A stretch of 63,705 nt of DNA, counting the filler, from Basidiobolus meristosporus CBS 931.73 (taxonomy: Eukaryota > Fungi > Basidiobolomycota): assembly GCA_002104905.1 (NCBI GenBank). It is 4 parts of 4 records of this genome, joined end to end, with 100 filler letters (N's around TTAATTAATTAA, not from the genome) between each part and the next. Parts side by side here need not be neighbours in the genome. Positions count along the whole stretch, not along the records: positions 1 to 27,457 come from MCFE01000903.1; 3 more parts are not named here. One strand, given 5' to 3'. The notes under the pieces are model-generated. The model was not told the origin of the DNA, did not search any database, and saw only the letters and a program-made list of their open reading frames with translations. Shown one piece after another: positions 1 through 12,878 of the stretch (within the stretch, counting starts at the first letter, position 1; each line of letters begins with the position of its first letter). A program made the translations under genes and the position numbers.

Positions 1-33
1 AGTTATGAGTTTTGGCCTCACCAATGCCCCTGC

Positions 34-133
34 TGTTGTAAGAGTCTTGGAGATATTGGAAGTGATTTGGAGGTAATGATCCAAGTGACTAAGTTGGGTG
101 AATTTTCAGGTGGAAATACATATTTTTACAACA
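34..133 (-). repeat. 3' mini-LTR (100 bp) of copia A1
   Basis: Matches 4117-4216 with about 8 mismatches; equals the two ends of the 348-349-bp family LTR joined. Confidence 0.95.
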
Positions 134-144
134 CTCCCACTCAG

Positions 145-3100
145 CTAAATGTTCATACTGACTAGTCCTAATTTTGACCTATGATATTCAAACTTGTCTC
201 TATCTAATGGCTTGGTAAATATGTCTGCAATCATTTCATCTGTAGGACAGTAAACTAAGCTAACTAAGTTATTCTCTATAGCTTCACGTATGAAATGATG
301 TCTAATATCTATGTGCTTGGTTCTAGCATGAAAAGTTGGATTTCTACCTAATTGTATACATCCTTGATTATCTTGAAATAAAGTAATGGGCGTTTTTGAC
401 ATAGGCCTAAATCTGTACACAGCTTTCTTAACCACATTGCTTCTTTTGTAGCTTCACAGGCTGCCATATACTCTGCCTCTGTGGTGGAAAGTGCTACGGT
501 TGGTTGCTTTCTTGAATTCCATGAAATTGCTCCTTTACAGTAAAGAATGGTGTATCTTGTGGTGGATCTTCTGTCTTCTAAATTTTGTCCCCAATCTGCA
601 TCAGAGTATCCCACAAGATCTTGTTCTGAGTCCTTATAAGTGTATCTTAAGCAGATATCAGCAGTTCCTTTTAGGTATCTAAAAATCCGCTTAACTGCTG
701 CAATATGATCAGATCCATAGTTCTGATTATGTTGGCTGACAACTCCCACTGAATATGAGATATCTGGACATGTTCCAAGCATGATATACATCTTACTGCC
801 GACCATAGATTGATAAGGAAAGTCAGGGCTTTCAGATGGCACCAAGCTCTCTTGATTTGGTTGAGTTTTGACCAAGTTAAGGTTTGTCTCCATTGTGGTA
901 GCTGCCGGTTTACAGTCTTCCATTTGGTACTTCTTTAGTATGTCATGAATATACTTGGATTGGCTTAGGGTGATAGTCTGGGTACTTCTGTCTATGGAGA
1001 ACTTAATCCCTAAGTAGTAACTAAGTTCTCCTAGATTGGACATCTTGAACTCCTTAGATAGGCTGGATTTAGTCTCTTCCAATGTTTCTAGGTTATTGGC
1101 GGCTATAATAAGATCATCCACATATAGAGCTAATAGAACTGGATTTGCTCTATCTGGCTTATAGTATATACTATAGTCAGCATTACTTCTTTTGAAACTC
1201 AAAGATTCCAAATAAGAATCTATCTTGCAATTCCAGGCTCTCAATGATTGTTTGAGACCATATAGTGAATTTTCAAGCTTGCAGACCAAATGGGGGTTAT
1301 CTTGGTCAACAAACCCATCAGGCAAGTCCATATACACATCCTCATCAAGTTCTCCATTCAAAAATGAAGCTTTTACATCCATTTGATGAATAAAAAACTG
1401 ATATTTGGCGGCAATAGCCAATACTAATCTGATGGAATTAAACTTGGCTACCAGTGCAAAGGTCTCAGTGTAGTCAAGTCCTTTTGTTTGAGAGTATCCT
1501 TTGGCTACAAGTCTTGCTTTGTATCTTTCAATTGTGCCATCAGCCTTGTATTTTGTCTTGAAGACCCATCTGCATCCAATTGATTTTTGGTTGATTGGTA
1601 ATTTGACTAAGTCCCAAGTTTGATTTTCCATCAGGGCCTGATATTCCTCAGTCATTGCAGATCTCCAAAACTCTGTCTGAGGGCTATTTAGGGCCTCTTT
1701 TACAGTCTGGGGCTCATCAATATGGACTGAATAGGCATAGGCTAAGTTTGTACCCTCATTGATATAATAATTTGGGCTATTTCTTGTCCAATTGGATCTC
1801 CAGGTATTTGATACTGGAATAATCACTTCTGGGATATTCCTGGGCACATATTCCGGCTGAACCACATTTGTAGAGTCCTCTGGAGTGAAAAAATTTTCAT
1901 TGTTTTGCTCTGATTCAATCCTGACAATTGGTAGACTTGAGATCAAATTTTTGTCATCATCTGATGTCATTTTTTGTGAGAATTTTGAATTTTGATCAAA
2001 CAACATATCCCTGGACTTGATAAGCTTCTTTGCTTTGGTATGTAGAGTCTGTATGTCTTACTCTCATTGCAGTAGCCCAAAAATATGCATTTTACACTTT
2101 TTGGCTCAAATTTTGACTGATTTCCGCCAGTTTTTTGGCATATGCTGCACACCCAAATTTTCTTAAATGTTCTGCACTTGGTCTGTATCCATACCATGCT
2201 TCAAATGGAGTAGAATCACAAAGTATTCTGTTGTAACTCCTATTTTTAAGGTATACAGCAGTGGCAACTGATCCCGCCCAAAAATCATAGGATAGTTTTG
2301 ATCATGGATCATAGATCTTGCCATATCAATTATTGATCTGTTAGCTTGTTCTGCTACTCCATTTTGCTGTGGGGAGTATGGTACAGTAGTCTCTTGCTTT
2401 ATCCCATGAATTATGCAGAAGTGGATGAAGAGTTTTGAGGTATATTCTCCACCATTGTCAGAGCGTATTTTCTTGATTTTTTCACCAGTTTCTCTCTCCA
2501 CCATGGCTTTAAACTCCCTGAACTTAGACAGAGCTACTTCCTTTCTCTCCGTGAAGTAGACCCATGTGTATCTTGTAAAATCATCAATAAAAGTGATTAA
2601 ATACTTCATCCCACCTAAGGATAAATTTTGCATAGGTCCACACAGATCTGAGTGAATTAGATCTAATTTTTTCTTAGTTTTGATTAACCCAGAGCTCTTG
2701 AACGGTGGTCTGTCTTGTTTCCCATATATGCAGGCTTCACAGTGCTCCAAATTAGCTGGGGGATCAATTTTCACTCCAGAAATTAGCTGATCTTTGATCA
2801 TTTTACGCAAATAATCCAAATTGATGTGTCCAAATCTCCTGTGCCAAAGCATTGGTGTTTCCTCATTTAAGTTACTTCTATTGACTTCCAGATATGATGG
2901 AATATAAGTCAACTTGTATAGATTCTGATCTCTGATGCCCAAAGCAATATGGGCACCATTTTGATCAGTGATCCTGCATCCAGAATTGTCAAAACTGAAA
3001 CTGAGTCCTTCTGCTGTGGCCTTGCTTACAGAGAGTAGGTTCTTGGCTATTTCTGGTACATAAAGTACTTCTTTAAAGGTCAGTGTATGGCCTCCTTCAC

Positions 3101-4112
3101 TGCTTCTAAGGTTTACTTGAATAGTTCCTTCTCCCACTGCATCAAGTGTTCTATTGTCACCCATGAAAGCCTTCTTAACTGGAATTTCTTGATATTGGGT
3201 AAAAAGTTCTTTTTGGTGTGTAAAGTGTTGAGATGCTCCAGAGTCAATATACCACATCTGAGAATCCTTGTTTGTGGTCATATTTAGTGCAGATATGAAT
3301 AGTTTATCTTCAGTTGTTGCAGCATTTCCATATTCAGCCTTCTTTTGCTGATTATCTTTCTTTTTGAGACACAGGTCTGATGTGTGTCCTTTCCTTTTGC
3401 AGTAGTTGCAAAAAAGGTTGCTGTTGCCTTTGTAGGGTCTTGGGTATCTCCTTTGTTGGCTATCATTGCTTACTAAAGCATTTTCTTCTTCCTTCTTATT
3501 AGCGCTTAATTTTCTTAATTCTTCATCCGGGAGCCTTCCATATATGTAATATAAGGTCAAATCTTCAGTTCTGGACTCAAGGGCTGATACAAGGCCCTGA
3601 AACCTGTCTGTCAGGCTATTCAGGATGGTAACTATCACATCCTCATCAGTAGTTGGTACGCCCACAGATTCCATCTCATCTACCAGCAGGGTAGTTCTGT
3701 TAATTAGATTTTTCATTTCTTCTCCTGGCAGCATCTTTGTAGTAAAGAATTTTTGTCTCAGATACATCTTCTTGGCAGCTGAACATGACTGGTAGGTGTC
3801 TTCTAATGCTTTCCAGGCATTCTTTGCCATTTTTGCTCTTGAGCATTGAATTAGCAATTTGTCTTTAACATTAAGGCAAATGCAGTTAAAGGCACTTTGT
3901 TCTTTCTTCTGGTACTTAAAGGCTTCCTCTCCCATGTTTTTAGGAGGGCATTCTTCTCCCATGACAATATCCCAAAGGCCTCTTTCTTGTAGCAGCATCT
4001 TCATCTTCACCTTCCACACTTGGTAGTTAGATCCATCCAACTTTTCAGCAGAGGGAAATATTCCAGTAATAGCAGTAGTAGACATTGCAGAGAGTGACAG
4101 CTTGGGGCTCAT
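145..4112 (-). pseudogene. Disrupted copia gag-pol polyprotein (ORF pieces 2163-4112, 1967-2197, 348-2006, 145-435)
   Basis: Zn knuckle CNYCKRKGHTSDLC, protease DSGA, integrase HRRFGH...CEAC and D,D(35)E region, RT YKARLVAKG/YVDD, RNase H ADIFTK; broken by frameshifts. Confidence 0.95.
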
Positions 4113-4116
4113 AACC

Positions 4117-4216
4117 TGTTGTAATAGTCTTAGAGATATTGGAAGTGATTTGGAGGTAATGATCTAAGTGACCAAGTTAGGTGAATATTTAGGTGGAAAT
4201 ACAAATTTTTACAACA
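4117..4216 (-). repeat. 5' mini-LTR (100 bp) of copia A1
   Basis: Direct repeat of 34-133, followed on the minus strand by the PBS. Confidence 0.95.
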
Positions 4217-4636
4217 CCTGCAACATTCATGACTCCAATGCAGACTCTCTTCCAGGAGTACTTAGACAAGTTTGTGATAATCCACCTAGATGACATATTG
4301 ACATATAGCAAGCCAGAAGAGGATTGCATGGTGCACATTAAAAAGGTCTTGAAGAAGCTAAGAGAAAACAAACTATTTGGCAAGCTAGCCAAGTGTGAGT
4401 TCTTCAGGGAACATGTTGAATATCTGGGACAGATAGTGACTAGCACAGGAGTGACTTTAGACCCTAACAAGGTTGAAGTTATCAAGAATCTGAAGCAGCC
4501 CCATAGTATATCAGAGCTCAGATCATTCCTTGGAATGGTTTTCTATTATTGGAGGCTTGTCAAGTCCTTTGCAAGTTTTGTAGCCCCTTTACAAGACTTA
4601 GGGCTAGGGCTTGCAAGACTTGCTAATAATACTTAA
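4217..4636 (+). mobile_element. Ty3/gypsy RT remnant interrupted by copia A1 (its left part is 1-33)
   Basis: 1-33 reads [11 protein letters not shown] and 4217 onward reads PATFMTPMQ...HLDDILTYS...KCEF, i.e. one RT motif split at the TSD. Confidence 0.9.
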
Positions 4637-4703
4637 CCATTAAGATGTTGGTATCACAAGAAAAGAGACTCAGGAGAACCCTCTCAACTTTAATAGGGGA
4701 GAA

Positions 4704-5074
4704 TGTCATGATCTACTGCTTGAATGTTTAAGTTACATCAGTTTTTAGTCAAATCCATTAGTTATATGTGTAGCTTATGAGTCTATCAGTATTATCAATC
4801 AAATCAGTAGCATTAGTCAGCAAATGAATCAGCAGATCCTTATCAAACATAAGTACATATATTAAGTAGCATCTTATTGGTTGATGATGATGCAATCAAA
4901 GGAGTCATCAGCCACAGCCTACATTAGGAAATACAATTAGTCAGCAACTGATCTGGCAAAATGTATATGAGGAGCTTCTGGAACCTCAATAAAAATCATT
5001 TCAAGTTTTAGTGAAAACAATACTAGCTAAACTCCCTATTCCTCTACAACTCTTATACCAAGACTTGTAAGACA
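4704..5074 (+). repeat. Probable Ty3 3' LTR of a different family
   Basis: Purine tract AGGGGAGAA immediately before TGTCATG; ends ...AAGACA; internal AATAAA. No second copy in the window. Confidence 0.5.
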
Positions 5075-5850
5075 CTCACCAAGTAACTCCATTAAAATCC
5101 ACCAGTCAATAAGTATTTCTGCTGCAATGCTCTATTTCCATGACTCTGTGGGTACCCAACAGCTTTACATCACTGTTTACTCACTGGTTCCCATATGTCC
5201 TAGTCTTTAGCCAGCACTGAAAGGTCTAGCTCCTCATCTGCCAGTCTTTGCAGTAAGTACTTGTAATATTCAAGTGTGTTTTCTTGAGCACTACTTCTGA
5301 AAAAGTGCTACAACCTCTTGGTGTGCCTATTAGTGTTCCAAAATTTCACTGAGGGCTTTGTGATTGCCTTTTGAGTACTTAATATTGTTACTTGGTCTGT
5401 TAGCTGGATCTTCAATTTGTCAACAATGCAGGAAGCAGGGGCTGTGGTAGACCAATGCCTTCCTCTGCATACTTATCTACCTCACTGGATTGTAGCTCAA
5501 CTGCCTGTGCTTTCAACTCTTGTGTAAACAGTTGTTTTCTTGTTAGCAATTCTTCTTGCTATGATGGAATTCAGTCTGTTCCAGGCTTACCATGTCAACT
5601 GACAAGAACCACATCATTTTTCTCACGCATCCTTGTCTCTTGTTGGATAGACTTTTTTGCCTTTACCTTTTCCTTTATCACTGCCAGGTCTTTCACTACT
5701 ACTTTGTCTGAGTGCATCTTGAATTGAGCTATGTTTACTCCTTGGTAAATACCTATGAAAAATAATCTGGTCCTGCAGGTGGATCCAATCCAGATGAGCC
5801 ATCAAGATCTTGGCAGGAGAGTGCAATACTACCAATAGCTTGGAATTAAT
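5075..5850 (-). mobile_element. Highly degenerate retroelement gag/protease-like remnant
   Basis: CpG-free. Minus strand gives ...GSDKGKGKGKK... and an ILID(W) string weakly resembling a retropepsin motif. Confidence 0.3.
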
Positions 5851-6365
5851 GACAATCTACACAATCTTATGACAGGATAACAACAGCATTTGGCTCATTT
5901 AACAGCCAATTAAACTTACAAAACATCATGGTGTTTGTATGGTGCTTTGCTGAGGGTGGCATGGCATTGTTATGGTCTTAGTGCACTCTACAGCAACTTG
6001 AGTGGATCTAATCCGCCAGTATATCCATTGCCTAATATGGCAAAAACTTAATGATGTCTTGATGGCCTCTTAGCAGGCCTCTGATGATAATAAATTGGCA
6101 GTCTGGCTGCCTATAGCTAGTTCTGTATAATGCTACCATACCAATTTACCAAATTGTATTTCCTTTCTCTACCTCCCCTTGGCCAATTTATATATACCAC
6201 TATAGAAGAACTCCTCTTTATTTGCTTACCCACTACTACCTTGGGTATTCCACATATAGCTCAAATCAAAAAAAACTATGGCCTCCAGCTTACTAACCTC
6301 TACAAATGCATGCATCTGCTGCAATTGACATACCTCTATTGCCACAACTTTACATCTTTTTAGTA
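5850..6365. repeat. Unclassified dispersed repeat (related copies near 38085-38335 and 38690-39205)
   Basis: Shared blocks such as acttgagtgga, ctgtataatgctaccatacc, caaatcaaaaaaaactatggc and ccacaactttaca. Confidence 0.6.
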
Positions 6366-6769
6366 TAATACTTGTAAAGTTGCCATATACCTTGTACTGC
6401 TGGTAGCATATGTGGGTTATTACTGACTGTACTTGGTGAGTGGGAGAGCTTGTAGGTCAAGTCAGTACCACTTGGTTAAGAATAGCTTCCAATAGAAGGT
6501 AGCAAGGTAATAAAGACTTGTGTTTATTTTGTCCCAAATCCCCTAGTTCTCTTACTTGGCTCAATTGAGTAGATATATATCACTTGGGGGCTTAGATAAT
6601 AGACAATGTATTATAAAATAGGGGTGTGAACACCTTCCTGTTATGGTAAGTGTTCTAACTAGATAAGGGCAGGGATAGGAGGGAGGGTGTGTGGAGGAAC
6701 CATAGGGAGGATACTGGGGGACTTTGGGTAAGACTCTGGGGAGAACTCTTGGGCAAAGAGTGGGTACTG

Positions 6770-7520
6770 CATTTAGTACTCACAGCATATACATCTTGCA
6801 AACATATACATGGCTGTCACCACTTCTGCCATGAATACCTCCTGAATATCTGCAAAGATCTTATTGGTATTTAGCCAATATACTCCTTTTCCCTGCTGGA
6901 TTCTAGTCCCCCTTATAGGTGCACTCTGGCTCTTGTCTGTATGAATACTGTATTGAATTGTGTAGAAATGGGCTTGTGACCATGAGAAATCTGGCATACC
7001 TTAGCAGAGCTTTCCAAATAAAAACTAGCTGCTTGTTGCACCCAACACAGCTTTGCATTACTTAGCTGATTACCAATGCAGTGGGGCTGCATAGCTGCTT
7101 AATTGCATAGGTATAGGTGTCTCTATGTTCACCTCTGACCTCAGTATTTTCCAACTCTTCCTGGCTGCCCTCCATGGGCCAACTCATCACATCCATGACA
7201 GACTTGAAGGTGATATTCTTTAAGAGATTGGGATATGGTAGTAACTGCAGCCTGACTTGTCTTCCTATTTCTCCACACATCTGGTCCATAGGAAACTCCC
7301 ATAAGGTGAAGCAAGGCCCAATATTCTCCACACACCAAGCAAGAAGAAGTAGAGAATGGATACAGTCGCAGCAGAGATGAACACATTCAGCTCTATGTTT
7401 GCAGTATAGCTGCCCAAATACCATTACAAACACCCTGCACAACAGCTGTAGAAGGGTCAATTTGGCATTGGTGATCTGCTTCTGGATAAATACTCCTACA
7501 ATGTTCATATATGATTTCCA
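6770..7520 (-). mobile_element. CACTA/EnSpm-type transposase C-terminal remnant
   Basis: IHSLLLLAWCVENIGPCFTLWEFPMDQMCG resembles the HxLxHL...GP...W.FPMER.CG motif of Tnp2-associated CACTA transposases; degenerate. Confidence 0.7.
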
Positions 7521-7521
7521 A

Positions 7522-8011
7522 TGCAGAGCAAGGCAAGGAAGTACCAGGAAAGGACTTGGGTGTGGATCAACAAGGCAAGGTGTGTTTCCAAGGCAAGGCT
7601 GTTTATTCAACACCTGTGTTTATCAGAGTGAGGAACACATAAGAGGGTATAGGACTATATATACTTCCTGGCAATATGGATACCAACAGATATTAGCTAT
7701 TACTGATGGGATTCTGGGGTGAGGCACAGTTAGTGTGCTAAGATAAAAATATACTGAAGAACAGACTAGAATATCACAGGGTAATATGTCAGGTGTCAAC
7801 TGATCTTGTTACATGCAATTATCATATATGGCATTTGGCTACATAAACTCCAAATGGGAGCTTCCATAGAATGTTTCATTGGGTAATGTTGACATTGAGC
7901 TTTCCAGAAGTTGCTGGAATGTAGTGAAACCCTCTAGAAGGAACTGGGATTTCTTCACCAGCCTGATTTAGCTTGAACATCAGAGACCAGGGATGTCATG
8001 TGATCATGACA
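7522..8011 (-). repeat. 3' LTR of Ty3 copy 1 (about 30 bp missing at outer end)
   Basis: Aligns with 12879-13407 and with 37532-38051 (inverted). Confidence 0.88.
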
Positions 8012-11000
8012 CTATTCTCCTCTTTTGAAGTGCTCTCCTCAAGCTTTTTGGCTTTGGCTTGTTGGGGTATATCTGGTAAATAGCGCAACTAGATCTTGAC
8101 AGTTTGTTTGGTTTGCTGCTAGTTCCCAAGTTTGGTTGTTTGGGCCATAACCAACCCAGTTTACCAGATTGTGAAGTTGGGATCTGATGTACTTTGAACC
8201 CAGTACTTGCTGAACTTCAAACTCTTGGTGTTTGTCTACTTGGATGGCTGGGGATTTGCTGGGTGCTGGTTGGGTAGAGTAACTTCATGAAATGGTTCTA
8301 GGAGGGATACATGGAATGTGTCATTGATTTGCATACTTGGTTGCAACTGTAGTTGGTATACAATTGGACTAAGTTTTTTCTTGATCTTGAGTGGTCCTAG
8401 TTTCTTGTAGTCTAATTTGCCACAAGGGTGGCTGGTAACAATGTTTCTTCTCAAGAGCTGTATTGAATCTTCTTCATTAAGCTTGGGGCTAGGCTGCTGT
8501 TTGTTGTCTGCAAACTTCTTGTACCCCTCATGGGCTAAGGATAATTCTCTCTTAAGCGTTTCTTAGATTTCTAGATCTGTTGATGCATATTCAGCTGCTG
8601 GGGGGCTTGTAGGGTTTGTTGGGATTCAAATATCAAATTGCAGATGAAAACCATAATTTGCATAGAATGGAGTTAGACCAGCTGCACTTTGACATGAGTT
8701 GATGAAGGCAAATTCTGCAAGTGGTAGCAGCTGGGTCCAGTTAACTTGCTGATAGCTGATATAGCAACAGAGGTATTGTTCAAGGATCTGGTAAATCCTC
8801 CCTGCTTGACCTTCTGACTGAGGATGAAAGGTGGCTGAGAGCTTGACTTGCACACCAAGATATTCCATGAAGTGTTTCCAAAATTTTGATATGAACTGGG
8901 GTCCTCTATTAGATATAATGTCACTTGGGATACAATGGATCTGGAAAATGTTGTTGATTACTAGGTGGGCAGTCTCCTTGGTGTCTATATTCTTGGAGCA
9001 GGGAATGAAGTGAGCCATCTTTGTGAGTCTATCTGCCACTACCAGGACTGAGTTGAATTTGTTGGATTCTAGGAGGTTGGTTATGAATTACTTTGAAATT
9101 GACTTTCATTGCTGGTCAGGAATTGGCAAGGGTTGTAGTAGTCCATATAGCTGGTGTCTGGCAGATTTTGCACATTTACATGTGTCACAGAATTTGAGGT
9201 ACTCCTTGACAAGGGATATAATCATGGGCCACCAGAGTCTCTCTTGATTGCATTCATAGTTTTGGCAGTATCAAAATGTCCTGCAGCTATTGCAACATGG
9301 CAATGATGGAGGATATCTAACTGGGTATCAAGGTCTGGGAAAAACAGTTGGTACTGTTGATAGATGATATCATTGACTAGATTTAGGTGCTGGAGGTTTG
9401 GGAACTTGGATGGTGGGCCAGTGGGAGACATGAGGTATTTCTTGATTGTTGCCGCTGTGGAGTTGGTGGCTTGGCTGGTCTTGACTTTCTCAGGGAGTAA
9501 AGGAGCTATAATACTGGAGGACTAGGTTGCAAGAAGCTCAAGATGTCTTTTGTTGGGTACAGGGTTTTTCATTTACCAACAGGCATTGTCCCCTTCTTCA
9601 AGGGAATATTCCACCTTTCTGGACATGGCATTGGGTTTTCCTTTTTTTACACCTGGTCTATAGGTGATGACAAAGTCAAAGCTAGACAGAATGAGGGACC
9701 ATCTGGCTTGTCTCTGGTTTAGTACTCTGAGGTGGTAAAGTACTCAAGATTTTTGTGGTCACAGTAGATCTTTATCTTTTGAGCTGCACTATCAAGGTAG
9801 TGTCTCCATTGCTCAAAGGCAACAATGATTGCAAGTAGTTCCTTGTCATAGATATCATAATTTACTTCAGCTGGAGTGAATTTTCAAGAATAGAATGCAA
9901 TAGGGGTAGCACATTCTTGTCATCATACTGGGAAAGGATGGCACCAAGGGCAAAGTCAGAGGCATTGGTTTCTATGATGAAAGGTCTCTTAAGGTCAGGG
10001 TGGGCATGCAGTTTGGCACACAAGAAGAATTTCTTGATAGAATCAAAGGACTCAGACTGTTCCTTATTCCAGGCAAAGGGCAGATTGTCTGGGTGAGCTT
10101 TGCCAAGGGAGTGACTATCTTGGAGTAGTTAGCAATGAATCAACAGTGGAAGTTGGCAAATCCAAGGAAGTATTGGACTTCTTTTATAGAACAGGGAGTT
10201 CTCCAGGATTGGATGGCTTCTACTTTCTTGGGGACCATTCTTGTTCCATTTGAGCTTATACAACAACCTAGGAACTCAACTTCTTTCTGGTCAAACTCAC
10301 ATTTTTCCAGTTTGGCATAGAGGCTAGCGGTGTCAAGCATGTTCAAGACTTTCTTCACATGGGAATTATGCTCTTCTTGAGTCTTGGAGTAGATCAGGAT
10401 ATCATCAAGGGAGATAACCACAAATTGATCAAGGTACTTATAGAATATGTCATTCATCAGGCGTTGAAAGGCAGCTGGGGCATTGGTGAGGCCATATGGC
10501 AAACTCTATACTCAAAGTGACCATATCTTGTTCTGAAGGCAGTTTTCCATTCATCACCAGGCTTGATCATGATAAGGTTGTAAGCTTCTCTGAGGTCAAT
10601 TTTAGTAAATACTTTGGCAGCAGAGAGTTGATCCAACAGGGTGTTGATCAGGGGCAAAGGGTACTGATTCTTGATGTGATCTTATTCAGTGCACTGTAGT
10701 CAACACACATTCTTAGGGTACCATCCTTTTTTTTTGAAAAAGAGGATTGCAGCACCAGCCGGGGACTTAGAGTGCTGAATAAAATCTTTCTGGAAGTTTT
10801 CTTGGATTTAGCTGTGTAGTTCTTTTGACTCAGGTTGCAAGAGGTTGTAGATAGGGCCAAAAGGTGGTGTTTTTCCATCTTCAAGGTCAATGGGACAATC
10901 ATATGGTGTATGTGCTGGGAGTAGTTTTGCTTTCTTCTTATCAATGACATGGGCAAACTCTTGATACTTGGCAGGTATTCCATGGGAGGGGTTTCCTTCA

Positions 11001-11547
11001 GTGATGATGGGCTCCTGAGTCTGGAGTAGCTTGGGAAAAGATACTTCTTCACCTGAGAAGTCAGGTTCTTTCACAAAGTTGACCTGATGGACTCTGGGGA
11101 ATGTCAGGGTTTGGGTCTTCCAGTTGATAGCTGGGTTATGGTGGCTAAGCCATGAGCTTCCAAGGACTATGGGGCTGTGGGGAGAGTTGATGATATCAAA
11201 GGCTATTGTCTCATGGTGACCAGTACTGGACAGCTGGAGTAGACATGTGTCATTGGTAATGGCACAAGAGGAAAGGGATCTTCCATCAATAACATCTATG
11301 TGGACAGGAAAGGATTTCAAGATAGTGGGGATTTTGTGCTTCTGGACAAAGGACTGGTCAATGAAACAGGAGGAAGCACCAGAATCTATGAGGGCAAGGA
11401 CATGGACAGGACTGGATTCAGGGATATGGATGTTGATAGGCATTCTTAAGGACTGGATGGACTTGATAGCATATGATGCTTCTTGTATGTGTTGTATTTT
11501 CATTGGAAGGTCCAGTTGCAAGCCTGTCATTATACCTGGACACTGGA

Positions 11548-11554
11548 GCTTCCC
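11548..11554 (-). promoter_or_regulatory. Mutated -1 frameshift heptamer (GGGAAGC) at the gag/pol junction of Ty3 copy 1
   Basis: Same position as G GGA AAC in copy 2; the pol frame GKLQC... is open from this point. Confidence 0.65.
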
Positions 11555-12863
11555 AAAAATTCTGGAGAAGGCTGTTCACTGGATGATTGCAGGAGTTTGA
11601 AGCTGGACTTCTTGTTGGGACAAGACTTGGCAAAGTGGCCTGGTTGGCCACAGTAAAGGCAGAGGTTTGCCTGCTGATATTTGGATCTTTCTTCTTTTGT
11701 AAGTTTCTTGTATTTGGCACTGTCAATTTGCATAGGGTCATCAGGCTTAGTACTGGGTGACTGAATTACTGGGAAGGAGCTTGGCTGATAAGTATTTTGG
11801 AACTTTTGTTTCTTCTGGAGAAGGCAATTGTCACATTGAATTGCTTGATGTATAGCTTTACCCAAGGTAGTTGGGTCAGGGAGTGTGAGTAGTAGGTCAC
11901 TGACTTCATCATTGAGTCCATCTTGAAACTGACTAATTAGGGCAGCATCACCCAAAGGCTCAAGTCACTGGCTTGTAGCCAGAACTCAGAAGCATAGGCA
12001 GACACAAGTCTGTTTCCTTGCTTCAAGCTCTTGATCTTGTTGGCAGCAGTTCTGGCTTGGTCAATGTTGCCAAATGTTAGCTCCATATCTGTGAGAAAGG
12101 CATGGTAGTCACTGAGTAGAGGGGAGTTGGTTTCCACCAAAGGGGAGAGCCATTTCTGGGAAGTTCCAGTGAGCAGGTTAGAGATATAACCAACTTTTGC
12201 TTGATCTGTTGGGAACCAATTGGGCTGTAGCAATAAGTGATGTTTGACTATGTTGATGAAACCTTGGAACTCATTTTGGGAGCCACTGAACTTGGTAGTG
12301 GAAGTGATTTTGGGATCATGGTAGGAGGGAATATGGATAGGCTGTTGAGTATTTTGGCTCTGAAGCTGAGCAATAGTGTTTCTGAGATCTGCATTGTCTT
12401 GTTGCAGCTAAGCAAAGGCAGCCATGATGCTTGCAAAGTTGTACTCTGGACTGGACATGTTGGGGTAGCAGGAGGTGGAGAGGTTTCTTGAGCTTGTTCC
12501 AGAATACTGGATAATACTAGCTGATATGTTGGTTATAAAGCCACTGATTTGTCAAAAATACAAGTATTGAGCCACAATCCCCAACTTTGAAATAATTTAG
12601 TGTCACTTCAGAATGCACTGGCTTTAACATCCTTTAATAGTGTATTGTACAAAAGCTTCCAATACTGTAACAACTGTACACTATGCCAGCAGGGTAATAA
12701 AGTGAATGCAGCTTTGGTCAATAATCATACAAAGATAAAGTATCTTTGCCTTTAAAAGACAAGATTAGGGAAAGATTCAGGGTGATACTTATTTTAGGTA
12801 TTCCTTTACAAGTTCTTCTCAAGAACTTTGGCTACAAGGCAGAGATCCACAGGTAAGTCAAGA

Positions 12864-12874
12864 TCAGTCTGATA
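12864..12874 (-). promoter_or_regulatory. Tf1-type self-priming primer-binding site (TATCAGACTGA)
   Basis: Starts 4 nt inside the 5' LTR boundary; exact 11-nt complement of LTR sequence 13004-13014, which lies just downstream of a TATA-like element. Confidence 0.8.
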
Positions 12875-12878
12875 GAAC

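Larger units (their letters stand above)
34..4216 (-). mobile_element. Ty1/copia LTR retrotransposon, family A copy 1: full length, frameshifted, with two 100-bp mini-LTRs
   Basis: LTRs 34-133 and 4117-4216 (TGTTGTAA...TTACAACA). TSD CCTGC at 29-33 and 4217-4221. PBS GGTTATGAGCCCC next to the 5' LTR; PPT TGAGTGGGAG next to the 3' LTR. Order is gag(CCHC)-PR(WYIDSGASQH)-IN-RT(LYVDD)-RH. Confidence 0.97.

Noticed and set aside
11526-11532. TAATG stop-start overlap between Ty3 gag and pol suggesting translational coupling
   Set aside because: Copy 2 has CTG at the same place, and the pol frame is open from an upstream -1 slippery heptamer, so the overlap is incidental.
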